A stretch of 49,079 bases of DNA from Sphingomonadales bacterium (lineage in GTDB: Bacteria > Bacteroidota > Bacteroidia > Chitinophagales > Chitinophagaceae). The DNA is taken from NCBI GenBank assembly GCA_046081865.1, contig JBJTWT010000041.1, positions 1 to 49,079 on the forward strand. Reading direction: 5' to 3'. Position numbers and translations under genes: made by a program. The notes under the pieces were generated by a model. That model was not told the origin of the DNA, searched no databases, and was given only the letters and a program-made list of their open reading frames with translations. Below are positions 1 through 9,331 of the stretch, in pieces; positions within the stretch are counted from its first letter, which is position 1; the number at the start of each line of letters is the position of its first letter.

Positions 1-1755
1 GGTAGTGTATCGGCTGCTACGGGCGCTATTTCGGTGTCTATTCCTGATAATGCGGCGGTGGGAGCTACCAGCACGCTACCGGTTACACTACCTGCTGGGG
101 CTACGGTTACGGGTGTTCGGGTAACGATCAATGCTACACATACGTGGGTAAGTGATCTGTCCTTTAACCTACGAGCTCCCAATGGTCAGGTGCTGAACCT
201 GTTTAACCGCCACGGCGGCAGCGGGGACGATCTGGTCAATACGGTGATCAGCTCTGCGGGCACCACTTCGCTGGCATCGGGTACGGCACCGTTTACGGGC
301 ACGTTTGCTGCTACGGCGGCGCTCAATGTGGGCGCTACGGGTCAGACCTCTACGGCTAGTGGGTTCCCTGCGCTCTATAGTGCTACCAGTGGCGATTGGG
401 TACTATCGGTGCGCGACCACGTGGGTCTCGATGTGGGTACGCTTACCGGTTGGTCTATTACGATAGATTATACGACGCTGTTGGGCGGTCTTACTACGTA
501 TACGTGGACTAATAGTAATAGCGGCATTGGTCTTGCGGCCAGTGGTGCGGGCAATAGTATCGCTGCCTTTACGGCCAGCAATACGACCGCCGCTCCGATT
601 GTAAGCACGGTAACGGTTACGCCAACGTATACCAATGGTGGGGTAAGCTGTGTGGGTGGAGCCATTACGTACACCTATACGGTCAATCCGATCCCGACGG
701 TCAACGTATCTGATCAGGTGCTGTGCGCTGGTACGGCCGCTACGGTGAACTTTACCGGAGCCACTACGGGCACGGTGTATACGTGGACTAGCAGTAATGC
801 TGCCATTGGATTGCCGCTGAGTGGTACGGGTGGTCTGAGCTTTACGCCTACCAATACGACTAACTTACCGATCAGCTCTACTGTTAGTGTGACGCCTAGC
901 TATACCAATGCTGGTTCTACTTGTACGGGCACGCCGCGCACCTTTACGATCACGGTCAATCCGGTGGGTCAGGTAAATACGGTGCTGAGCCAGGTGCTGT
1001 GCAATGGTGCCAATACTACGGCTGTGAACTTTGCTACTGTTAACGGTGGAGGAACGGTTACACCGGGCACCCCTGTTACAGCGAGCTCTGGTGCCATTAC
1101 GGTGGCTGTTCCGGATGCTTCTGCCACCGGGGTTACCCATAGCTTGCCGGTTACACTGCCTGCGGGTGCTACCATCACCGGGGTGAGCGTCAACTTCAAT
1201 ATGACGCACACGTGGGTGGGCGACATGGTGGTTAATCTGCGTGCGCCCAATGGTCAGGTGTTGAACCTGGTTAACAGAAGAGGTGGATCGGGCGATAACT
1301 TTACGAACACGACTATCAGCTCTGCCAGTACCACTAGCTTGGCTACGGGTACGGCGCCGTTTACGGGTACGTTCGCTGCCGATGCAGCCCCTACGGTGGG
1401 CCCCACGGGCTTTGAGGCGTCGGCTACCAATTTTGCGGCACTCTACAGTGTGGCCAATGGTAACTGGACCTTGGGTATGCGTGACTACGCTGCCGGTGAT
1501 AATGGAACCTTAACGGGCTGGTCAATTACGTTCAACTACACAACGGTTGCCGGTGCTGTTACGACGTATAGTTGGACGAACACTAATGCTTCTATTGGTC
1601 TTGCGGCCAGTGGGGTAGGAAATATTGCTTCGTTTGCGGCTGCGAACACTACGGCTGTTCCTGTTACGGCCACGGTTACGGTAACACCGACGTATACCAA
1701 TGGTGGTGTGGGTTGTGTGGGAGGAGCCATTACGTATACGTATACGGTCAATCCA
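1..1755 (+). repeat. Intragenic tandem duplication of a P-domain plus PKD-like unit, offset about 1065 nt
   Basis: Near-identical DNA at about 619-690 and about 1684-1755 (…acgtataccaatggtgg…tgtgtggg…ggagccattacgta…tatacggtcaatcc). The peptides NLRAPNGQVLNL and GTAPFTGTFAA each occur twice. Confidence 0.8.
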
Positions 1756-2835
1756 ACGCCAACGGTCAGTGCGGTGAGCAACCAAACGGTCTGTCGCGGC
1801 GCCAATGTGGCAGCGATCAACTTTGGCGGTACGGTATCGGGTACGGTGTACAACTGGACCAACAGCAATACGGCCATTGGTCTTGGTGCCAGCGGAGTGG
1901 GTAATATTCCAAGTTTTGTTGGTACCAATACGACCAGTGCTCCGATTACGGGTACTATTACAGTAACGCCGGTATCGACCATCAATGGTATTACGTGTAC
2001 GGGTACTCCCCGAACGTTCACCATTACGGTCAATCCGATCCCGACGGTCAATGCGGTTAACAGCTTTGCGATCTGTCACAATAGCGTAGCGGCGGTAACC
2101 TTTAGCGGTGCTACTACCGGAACGGTCTTTAACTGGACCAATACGAACACCACTATTGGCCTTGGGGCCAGTGGTAGTGGCAATCTTAACTTTACGGCGC
2201 TCAATACAACGAGCGGACCTCAGGTGGCCACTGTTACGGTAACACCGGTGTTTGCCAATGGCGGCACTACGTGTACGGGTACACCGACTAGCTTTACTAT
2301 TACGGTCAATCCGCTGCCGGTGGTCAGCGCCGGTTCGTTGCCTGCGCGCATTTGTATCAGCGATACACTGGTGGCGCTCAGCGGTACACCGGTGGGTGGT
2401 AGCTGGAGTGGTATTGGTACCTCGGGTATGAGCTTTGTGCCTACGGCTACGGCTGTTGGTACGTGGCCGATCACGTACACCTTTGCGGACCTGAACGGTT
2501 GCGTTAACCGAGCTACGATCCCTGTTACGGTGCTTTCTTGCGATGAGCGCGACAGAGACCTCAACAGCAGCGGGGTGCAGCTGTATCCGAACCCCAACAA
2601 TGGCCGCTTTAACCTGCGGGTCAACAGTACGCGCTTCAATGTACTGGGTATGCGGGTGTTCAATACGGCGGGTCAGTTGGTAAGTACGAAGCAGTGGAGC
2701 GGTCTGGTCTATGCACGGGTGGTACCGGTCGATCTTTCTAATCTGCCGGCGGGCATCTACATGGTACGCTTGTACTATGGTGATGGCATGGACCGCGGAG
2801 CCGATAGGACCTTCCAGGTAATCATTGCCCGCTAA
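1..2835 (+). CDS. 5'-truncated T9SS-secreted surface protein with two proprotein-convertase P-domain-like modules, PKD-like repeats and a type A C-terminal sorting domain
   Basis: Frame +1 is open from base 1 (GSVSAATGAISVSIPD...). It has two P-domain-like units (HTWVxDL/M...LRAPNG...GxWxLxxRD...GTLTGWSI), repeated 'YxWTNxNxxIGLxASGxG...TVTP..NGGxxCxG...TITVNP' units, and a C-terminal 'LYPNPNNGRF...LPAGIYMVRL' typical of T9SS type A CTDs. Confidence 0.85.
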   Translation, partial: GSVSAATGAISVSIPDNAAVGATSTLPVTLPAGATVTGVRVTINATHTWVSDLSFNLRAPNGQVLNLFNRHGGSGDDLVNTVISSAGTTSLASGTAPFTGTFAATAALNVGATGQTSTASGFPALYSATSGDWVLSVRDHVGLDVGTLTGWSITIDYTTLLGGLTTYTWTNSNSGIGLAASGAGNSIAAFTASNTTAAPIVSTVTVTPTYTNGGVSCVGGAITYTYTVNPIPTVNVSDQVLCAGTAATVNFTGATTGTVYTWTSSNAAIGLPLSGTGGLSFTPTNTTNLPISSTVSVTPSYTNAGSTCTGTPRTFTITVNPVGQVNTVLSQVLCNGANTTAVNFATVNGGGTVTPGTPVTASSGAITVAVPDASATGVTHSLPVTLPAGATITGVSVNFNMTHTWVGDMVVNLRAPNGQVLNLVNRRGGSGDNFTNTTISSASTTSLATGTAPFTGTFAADAAPTVGPTGFEASATNFAALYSVANGNWTLGMRDYAAGDNGTLTGWSITFNYTTVAGAVTTYSWTNTNASIGLAASGVGNIASFAAANTTAVPVTATVTVTPTYTNGGVGCVGGAITYTYTVNPTPTVSAVSNQTVCRGANVAAINFGGTVSGTVYNWTNSNTAIGLGASGVGNIPSFVGTNTTSAPITGTITVTPVSTINGITCTGTPRTFTITVNPIPTVNAVNSFAICHNSVAAVTFSGATTGTVFNWTNTNTTIGLGASGSGNLNFTALNTTSGPQVATVTVTPVFANGGTTCTGTPTSFTITVNPLPVVSAGSLPARICISDTLVALSGTPVGGSWSGIGTSGMSFVPTATAVGTWPITYTFADLNGCVNRATIPVTVLSCDERDRDLNSSGVQLYPNPNNGRFNLRVNSTRFNVLGMRVFNTAGQLVSTKQWSGLVYARVVPVDLSNLPAGIYMVRLYYGDGMDRGADRTFQVIIAR

Positions 2836-2860
2836 GCGGCCTTTAACGATAAACAACTAC

Positions 2861-2892
2861 AAAGGCACCTCTTAATAGGGGTGCCTTTTTTT
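2861..2892 (+). terminator. Rho-independent terminator
   Basis: Stem aaaggcacc…ggtgccttt followed by a T-tract, 25 nt after the stop at 2835. Confidence 0.8.
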
Positions 2893-2910
2893 GTTAGCTT
2901 TACAAAGACT

Positions 2911-3936
2911 ATGCCCAATCCCCATTTATCTAGCAACAAAGAGCAGCTCACGGCCGTTGAGCGTGAGTTCGAGAATAATATTCGTCCGGGACAGATCAGC
3001 GAATTTGCAGGACAAGATCAGTTGATTGAGAACTTGCGGGTCTTTATTAAAGCGGCCAAGATGCGAGGCGAGGCGCTCGATCATGTGTTATTTCATGGGC
3101 CTCCCGGCTTAGGCAAGACCACGCTGTCTCGTATTGTGGCTAACGAGTTGGGGGTATCCATTAAAGAAACCTCCGGCCCCGTTATTGAAAAGCCCGGCGA
3201 TCTGGCAGGGTTACTTACCTCTCTGGAACCCAACGATGTGCTATTTATAGACGAGATTCATCGGCTTAGCACGGTGGTAGAGGAATATCTCTACGCAGCA
3301 ATGGAAGATTACCGTATCGATATCATGATCGATAGCGGCCCCAATGCCCGCAGTATTCAGCTTACCTTAAATCCCTTTACATTAATTGGCGCAACTACCC
3401 GTAGCGGATTGCTTACCGCACCGCTACTATCTCGTTTTGCGATCAAGTCGCGACTGGAGTATTACAAGGCACCGGTGCTCAATCGGATCTTGCTTCGTTC
3501 GGCCTCTATTTTACAAGTTAACATTAGCCAAGAAGCGGTGGCCGAGATCGGTCGCCGTAGTCGAGGCACCCCGCGAATTGCCAATGGACTGCTTAGACGC
3601 GTACGCGATTTTGCACAAGTGCTAAACGATGGGCAAATTGATTTTGGAATTACTCAGCACGCACTAAAGGCGTTACATGTAGATGAGCATGGGCTAGACG
3701 AAATGGACAATCGAATTTTGCTTACCATCATCGATAAGTTCAAAGGAGGGCCGGTGGGTATTACCACCATTGCAACGGCAGTAGGAGAGGAGCCCGGCAC
3801 ACTAGAAGAGGTCTACGAACCATTTTTGATACAAGAGGGTTTTTTACAGCGCACACCCAGGGGCCGCGAGGTAACAGCCAAGGCCTATGAGCATCTGGGA
3901 AAGAATTTTCCTAATGCTTCGGGTACGCTTTTTTAG
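2911..3936 (+). CDS. ruvB: Holliday junction branch migration helicase RuvB
   Basis: Motifs [34 protein letters not shown] and RTPRGR. ATG 2911 is preferred over GTG 2881, which lies inside the terminator. Confidence 0.97.
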   Translation: MPNPHLSSNKEQLTAVEREFENNIRPGQISEFAGQDQLIENLRVFIKAAKMRGEALDHVLFHGPPGLGKTTLSRIVANELGVSIKETSGPVIEKPGDLAGLLTSLEPNDVLFIDEIHRLSTVVEEYLYAAMEDYRIDIMIDSGPNARSIQLTLNPFTLIGATTRSGLLTAPLLSRFAIKSRLEYYKAPVLNRILLRSASILQVNISQEAVAEIGRRSRGTPRIANGLLRRVRDFAQVLNDGQIDFGITQHALKALHVDEHGLDEMDNRILLTIIDKFKGGPVGITTIATAVGEEPGTLEEVYEPFLIQEGFLQRTPRGREVTAKAYEHLGKNFPNASGTLF

Positions 3937-4031
3937 CCATACCGCGTTTTAACAAAAAATTCAGGAGCCATTGGGGGCGCACCCCGATTGGTTTAACTTT
4001 ATTTGTATGGTACATATTAAAAATTCGCCTT

Positions 4032-4730
4032 ATGGAAAGCAAAAAGCCCAAAATCCTTCTTTGCGAAGATGATACCAACCTGGGGTCGGTATTAAAGAAC
4101 TACCTGGAATTGAATGATTACGACGTGGTACTCGAAAGAGATGGCCGGTTGGGATTAGCCGCTTTTCAGCGTGAGCATGTCGACCTTTGTCTGCTCGATG
4201 TAATGATGCCCAATATGGATGGGTTTGCATTGGCAGAAGCTATTCGAGATGTCAATCCGGATATACCCTTGTTTTTTATTAGTGCCAAGACCATGAAAGA
4301 AGATGTGATACAGGGATACAAGCTGGGGGCCGATGACTATATTACCAAGCCCTTCGACTCAGAGGTGTTGATGCTAAAGATCAGGGCTATCCTCAAACGA
4401 AACGAGGAGCAGCAAAAGGAGAATGACCATAAAGAGTTCGATCTGGCTGGCTATCATTTTAACCCTCGTTTGCGTCAGCTTGTCTTTGGCGAAAAGACTT
4501 ACACGCTTTCGCCTAAAGAAAACGATCTGCTTCGTTTGTTAAGTGAACACTTGAACGACCTGCTGCCTCGCGAAAAGGCGCTCAAGAAGATCTGGGGTAG
4601 TGATACGTATTTTAACGGACGCAGTATGGATGTCTATATTGCCAAGCTTAGAAAATATTTAAAAGAAGACAGCCGTATCGAGATCGTAAACATACACGGC
4701 GAGGGTTTTCGTCTGGTCGTGAATCCCTGA
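4032..4730 (+). CDS. OmpR-family response regulator (RprY-like)
   Basis: Receiver domain (EDD, LLDVMMP, GADDYITKPF) plus winged helix (RSMDVYIAKLRKYL…IHGEGF). No kinase gene is adjacent. Confidence 0.92.
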   Translation: MESKKPKILLCEDDTNLGSVLKNYLELNDYDVVLERDGRLGLAAFQREHVDLCLLDVMMPNMDGFALAEAIRDVNPDIPLFFISAKTMKEDVIQGYKLGADDYITKPFDSEVLMLKIRAILKRNEEQQKENDHKEFDLAGYHFNPRLRQLVFGEKTYTLSPKENDLLRLLSEHLNDLLPREKALKKIWGSDTYFNGRSMDVYIAKLRKYLKEDSRIEIVNIHGEGFRLVVNP

Positions 4731-4739
4731 TCGAAGCAC

Positions 4740-6650
4740 TTACGCCTCGCTACTTTTACGGATCTGTCCGCTGGCATCGATCCTAATCTTTTCTTCGGCC
4801 TGAAGTCGATCGATGATCCTTCGGGCCGTTTCTTTACTGATGCCATCTAGTTGTTGTAACAAGGCTGTTGTGGAGAGCGGTTTTGTTTCCAGCAGCTGCA
4901 GTACCTGCGCTTCTAGCGTTGCCATGGCAGTGGCACAGAGTCCGGTTTGTTTTTTCGCTAAACAATTATCGCAGATGCCGCACTCCGCAACTGACTCGTC
5001 TCCAAAGTAAGCCCCCAGTAGTTGACTGCGACACTGCTGCTGTTCGCTGGCATAACGCAGCATACTATCGACACTTTTATCAAAGTGCTTTTTTCTTTCG
5101 CTGTAGCGTTTATTATTAAGACTGAGATCTTCTGTTTTTATGCGATCTACCGGAAAGAAAAGCTGCGGATTTTCTTTTCTGGGTTGATAGGTAAGGATCC
5201 CCCGTTTTGCCAGCTGTAAAAGCTCGGCGGTAATCTGTGGCCACTCTTTTTTTAATATAAAGGCCAATTGTTTTTCTGCAATACCGGTGGGTCTTTCATA
5301 AATGCCCTGATAAGTGCGCAGCATGGTTTTGCATAGACTGTCTAGCGCAGGATGCGTTACCGCTAGCGACTCCAATTGCGTTCTCTCGGCCACGATCTGT
5401 ACTTTGGCCGGAGCAAAAACTTGTTCGTTATACTCGACCCAGCCCTCTTGCTCTAATGATTTCATAACAGGTAGCACCGTTGCTATCGGTAGCGAAAAAC
5501 GCCTGGTAAACTCAGTGAGTTCAAAGTCAAAGTACTGACCCGCTCCGGTACCCGATGGAAGTTGCAGGTAATTGGCCAGCGCCTGATACACCTTTTTGAT
5601 GGTGGCCAGACTTGGAAATCGTTGGGCACTGAGACCGGCAAGCTCCTCTTCTTCTCGCTTGGTATATAGTAAGACCGCATATGCTTTTTGCAGATCTCGT
5701 CCGGCGCATCCGGCCTCTTGATAGTAACTCTCCAAACAATCCGGTATGCCGCAGTGAATAACACTTCGCACATTGGGTTTGTCTATACCCATTCCAAACG
5801 CATTGGTGCACACCATTACGGAACAGCGATCAGCTTGCCAATCCTCTTGTTTTTTTTGTCTCTCATTGGCCGCTAGTCCGGCATGATACCAATCGGCGGT
5901 TATACCTTTTGCGCGTAATTGCTGCGTGATCTCTTCGGTGCGTTTACGGCTGCGACAATACACAATGCTACTGCCCCGAACATTTTGCAGAATCTGTAAT
6001 AGCTTAGGCATTACATTGTCTACACAAAAGATGCTATACGAAAGATTGAGTCTGGCAAAGGATTGCCGAAAATATTGAGCATGAGTAAAAAGCAGTTTTT
6101 CACTAATGTCTTTTTGCACTACGGGAGTGGCAGAGGCGGTGAGCGCCAATACGGGTACACCCGGCAATTGTTCTCTGAGTGTGGCAATGCGTAAGTACGA
6201 GGGCCTAAAGTCGTAGCCCCACTGCGAGATACAATGCGCTTCATCTACAGCGATCAGCGAAATATTCAATACCGGAACATAGGTAAGAAAAAGAGAGGTC
6301 TCTAACCGTTCGGGAGAAACATAAAGCAATTTGCAATTGCTTTCGGCTGCCGTAACAAGGGTAGACTCCACTTCTTTGCGATCCATCCCGGAGTAAATGG
6401 CAAAGGCGGTGATATTTTTTTTTCGTAGTTGCTCTACCTGGTCGCGCATGAGTGCGATTAACGGAGAAATGACCAGACAGAGTCCCGGTTGTAATAGCGC
6501 CGGTAGCTGGTAGCAAATAGACTTTCCACCGCCGGTAGGCAGCAGGGCCATGGTATCTTTTTTGGCCAATACCGATTGAATAATGGCTTCTTGCTGCGGG
6601 CGAAAGGCGGCATGACCCCAAACTTTTTTTAAGGTGCTTAGTGGTTGCAT
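4740..6650 (-). CDS. RecQ-family ATP-dependent DNA helicase
   Basis: Motifs PTGGGKS, VDEAHCISQWGYDFRPSY, LTASAT, TNAFGMGIDK and Zn motif CR…CGICDNC. Motif VI reads QEAGCAGR (see findings). Confidence 0.93.
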   Translation of the reverse strand: MQPLSTLKKVWGHAAFRPQQEAIIQSVLAKKDTMALLPTGGGKSICYQLPALLQPGLCLVISPLIALMRDQVEQLRKKNITAFAIYSGMDRKEVESTLVTAAESNCKLLYVSPERLETSLFLTYVPVLNISLIAVDEAHCISQWGYDFRPSYLRIATLREQLPGVPVLALTASATPVVQKDISEKLLFTHAQYFRQSFARLNLSYSIFCVDNVMPKLLQILQNVRGSSIVYCRSRKRTEEITQQLRAKGITADWYHAGLAANERQKKQEDWQADRCSVMVCTNAFGMGIDKPNVRSVIHCGIPDCLESYYQEAGCAGRDLQKAYAVLLYTKREEEELAGLSAQRFPSLATIKKVYQALANYLQLPSGTGAGQYFDFELTEFTRRFSLPIATVLPVMKSLEQEGWVEYNEQVFAPAKVQIVAERTQLESLAVTHPALDSLCKTMLRTYQGIYERPTGIAEKQLAFILKKEWPQITAELLQLAKRGILTYQPRKENPQLFFPVDRIKTEDLSLNNKRYSERKKHFDKSVDSMLRYASEQQQCRSQLLGAYFGDESVAECGICDNCLAKKQTGLCATAMATLEAQVLQLLETKPLSTTALLQQLDGISKETARRIIDRLQAEEKIRIDASGQIRKSSEA

Positions 6651-8785
6651 CAGCGTACTCTTTTTACAAAGAGTCTTACCGAATTGACAGCGAGCACCAC
6701 ATCGCTAAATGCCATTACCAGGGCTCCAAAGGTGGGTGTAAGAAAACCCAGTGCGGCCACCGGTATCGCTACCACATTGTAAGCAAAGGCCCAGAAAAGA
6801 TTTTGTTGTATGGTAAGGTACGTATGCCTTCCTAGTCCGAGTGCCTCGGGCAATTTGTTGAGCCCGCCATTTAGCAATATCACTTGTGCACTTTGCATGG
6901 CTAGTTGCGAGGCTTGGCTCATAGCAATACCCACAGTGGCCTTGGCCAGTGCCGGCGCATCATTGATACCATCGCCCACCATGGCCGTAGGGGCTTGTTG
7001 GGTGAGAGCTGCTACGATATCCATTTTTTCTTCGGGCGATCTTTCTCCATAGATCCGATCAATGCCGAGGCGAGAGCCGATCGCCTGGCAGCGCGCCAGA
7101 TTGTCTCCGCTTAACAAAATGGTCTTGATATTTTTTTGATGTAAGTAATCGATCACCTCTTTTGCTTCGGGTCTAACCTCGTCTTCTAGGTCAATCCATC
7201 CTATCAGTTCGCCTCCTTTGCAAACATAAACCTGATGATGATCGCTCACCAAAGTGTGTTTAACGGTATGATAGGAGCCCACACTGTACGAAATACCATC
7301 GGGGTCGGTGGCAAAGATCCCTCTGCCCTTTATCTCTTCTATCTGGCGCCACCGCATGTCAAAATTGGTTTTGAACTCTTTTGTAAGACATAGGGCTATT
7401 GGGTGGTTAGAAAATTTTTCGAGCGAATACACCAATGCCCTGAATCTTTCGGCAGAGATACCATCATCTAGTAGTTGCCAATCCGATACCCTAAAACTAC
7501 CGGTGGTAAGCGTTCCGGTTTTATCGAATACCACTTGTCTTATCTGTCTAAAGAGTTCTAGCGAACGGGCATTGCTAAATAAAATACCATTACGAGCAGC
7601 TCTGCCCAGCCCTACGGCAATGGCCGCAGGAGTAGCCAGTCCCATGGCGCAGGGGCATGCAATGACCAGTACCGCAATACTTCTCAAAAGTGAAGCTTCG
7701 AGGTCGTTCAATACTATGTAATTGATGATCCCGGTAAGTAAGGCAATGGCAAGTACCAACGGAATAAACACGGCACTGATCTTATCGGCCAGCAGTTGCA
7801 TCGGTGGCTTTTCTCCTTGTGCGCCCCTAACCAATTGAATGATGCCCGATAGTACCGTATCGTCTCCTACAGCGGTCACTTGTGCTTTAACGGTACCATC
7901 CTGAAAAATACTGCCGCCGATCAGAGCGTCTTTAGGGTGTTTATGCACCGGAAGACTCTCTCCGGTAATGATCGATTCATTAACATGTGCCTCGCCCCAC
8001 AAGATCTTGCAATCGATGGGTACTTGCTCGCCTGCTTTGATCAAGATCAGATCGCCAACTTTAAGCAGGGTGTTCTCTACCGTAAAATATTGTTCGTGGT
8101 GCTGATCGTCAAAGGCGATCATGGTGGCCATTAGCTTTTGCGCTTGCACGAGTTGTTCAAGCGCGCGCTGCGTAGAGGCGATCGATCGTTCCTCTAAGTA
8201 ATTACCCAGTAACACCAGCGTTATGATCGTGGTGGTGGTCTCATAGAAAAGATATTGCTCGGGCTGTCCGGTAAGACTACCATAGAGACTATAGATAAAA
8301 GCGGCCGTGGCTCCGAGCGTGATCAGAACATTCATATTGGGCATACCCGCCCGTATACTTTTAAAGGCACTGCGACCAAAGAAGTGAAGACCCAATGCAA
8401 AAACAGGAAGGGTAACACCCAGCTGAAACCATGGGTGGTGAAACAAAGTAACGGAGTGGGGTAGCAGATGGCCCGCCAGCATCACCAATGCAAAGGGCAA
8501 ACAAAATAGTAGTCGTTGTTGGTGGGTGGCCAGCGAGAAAAACGAAGTAGTGGTTTTAGCGCGGGCTTCTTGCGAACTCTTTTGATCGGTCACTTCGTAT
8601 CCCAGGTTGGCGATCCCTTTTTTTATGGGCTCTTCGGAAAATCCTTCTTGTGCTACAAACCAAACATCCCCGTTGGCAAAGTTTACCTTTACCTGCTGCA
8701 TGCCCTGTTTTTCGAGATACTTGTGAATATGAAGGGCACAGGTATTGCAATCCATCCCACTAACCTTCCACTTGATCTGTTGCAT
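6650..8785 (-). CDS. Heavy-metal translocating P1B-type ATPase (CopA-like)
   Basis: N-terminal GMDCNTC metal-binding domain, TGES, CPC, DKTGTLT, HP, GDGINDAPAL, and YN in a late TM helix. Confidence 0.93.
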   Translation of the reverse strand: MQQIKWKVSGMDCNTCALHIHKYLEKQGMQQVKVNFANGDVWFVAQEGFSEEPIKKGIANLGYEVTDQKSSQEARAKTTTSFFSLATHQQRLLFCLPFALVMLAGHLLPHSVTLFHHPWFQLGVTLPVFALGLHFFGRSAFKSIRAGMPNMNVLITLGATAAFIYSLYGSLTGQPEQYLFYETTTTIITLVLLGNYLEERSIASTQRALEQLVQAQKLMATMIAFDDQHHEQYFTVENTLLKVGDLILIKAGEQVPIDCKILWGEAHVNESIITGESLPVHKHPKDALIGGSIFQDGTVKAQVTAVGDDTVLSGIIQLVRGAQGEKPPMQLLADKISAVFIPLVLAIALLTGIINYIVLNDLEASLLRSIAVLVIACPCAMGLATPAAIAVGLGRAARNGILFSNARSLELFRQIRQVVFDKTGTLTTGSFRVSDWQLLDDGISAERFRALVYSLEKFSNHPIALCLTKEFKTNFDMRWRQIEEIKGRGIFATDPDGISYSVGSYHTVKHTLVSDHHQVYVCKGGELIGWIDLEDEVRPEAKEVIDYLHQKNIKTILLSGDNLARCQAIGSRLGIDRIYGERSPEEKMDIVAALTQQAPTAMVGDGINDAPALAKATVGIAMSQASQLAMQSAQVILLNGGLNKLPEALGLGRHTYLTIQQNLFWAFAYNVVAIPVAALGFLTPTFGALVMAFSDVVLAVNSVRLFVKRVR

Positions 8786-8789
8786 ACTG

Positions 8790-8797
8790 CAAATGTA
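8790..8797 (-). promoter_or_regulatory. Bacteroidota -7 promoter element (TACATTTG) for the P-type ATPase/recQ unit
   Basis: Exact TAnnTTTG match 4 nt upstream of the ATG at 8785. Confidence 0.65.
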
Positions 8798-8846
8798 CCA
8801 AAACCCGTTTGCTCTGCTTTTATAGAAGTGGAATATCTTAACGGCT

Positions 8847-8854
8847 TACTTTTG
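8847..8854 (+). promoter_or_regulatory. Bacteroidota -7 promoter element (TACTTTTG) for tsaE-ald
   Basis: Exact TAnnTTTG match 5 nt upstream of the ATG at 8860; divergent from the 8790-8797 element. Confidence 0.6.
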
Positions 8855-8859
8855 TTGTG

Positions 8860-9327
8860 ATGGAATTAGCATTTACCCTAGAGCAGATCGATGCCGCCGC
8901 CCGTCAGTTTTGGCAGCAAGCCGGCCATGCCCGGGTATTTGCCTTTTATGCACCCATGGGTACCGGAAAGACCAGTTTTATCGTAGCCCTTTGCCGTGCC
9001 CTTGGGGTAATATCGCCTGTGTCTAGCCCCAGTTTTGCCCTGGTCAATGAATACCAACTTGCCTCTGGGGAGTCTGTTTATCATGGAGACCTCTATCGGA
9101 TAGAAAGCGAGGCCGAGGCTCGTGAGGCCGGCATCGAGGAGCTGCTATACAGCGGCTCCATTTGTTTGGTGGAATGGCCCGAAAAGGCCCCGGGCATTTT
9201 TCCTGCCGGCACGGTACACGTTTCATTAGCGATGCAGCCGGGAGCCGCTTCTGACAGTCCATCGGGGTTGGGCACTAGCCACGAGCCCGGAACGCGATAT
9301 CTGCGTACATTTACAATAGCATCCTGA
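8860..9327 (+). CDS. tsaE: tRNA threonylcarbamoyladenosine biosynthesis ATPase TsaE
   Basis: Motifs MGTGKTSF, VSSPSFALVNEY, HGDLYR and LVEWPE. Confidence 0.92.
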   Translation: MELAFTLEQIDAAARQFWQQAGHARVFAFYAPMGTGKTSFIVALCRALGVISPVSSPSFALVNEYQLASGESVYHGDLYRIESEAEAREAGIEELLYSGSICLVEWPEKAPGIFPAGTVHVSLAMQPGAASDSPSGLGTSHEPGTRYLRTFTIAS

Positions 9328-9331
9328 TCGT

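Noticed and set aside
1522-2856. 444-aa antisense ORF and other overlapping ORFs within the first gene
   Set aside because: Shadow of the strongly biased Thr/Gly/Val codons of the sense gene; no recognisable motifs.
2911-4730. ruvB without ruvA, and an orphan response regulator
   Set aside because: Both arrangements are ordinary in Bacteroidota.
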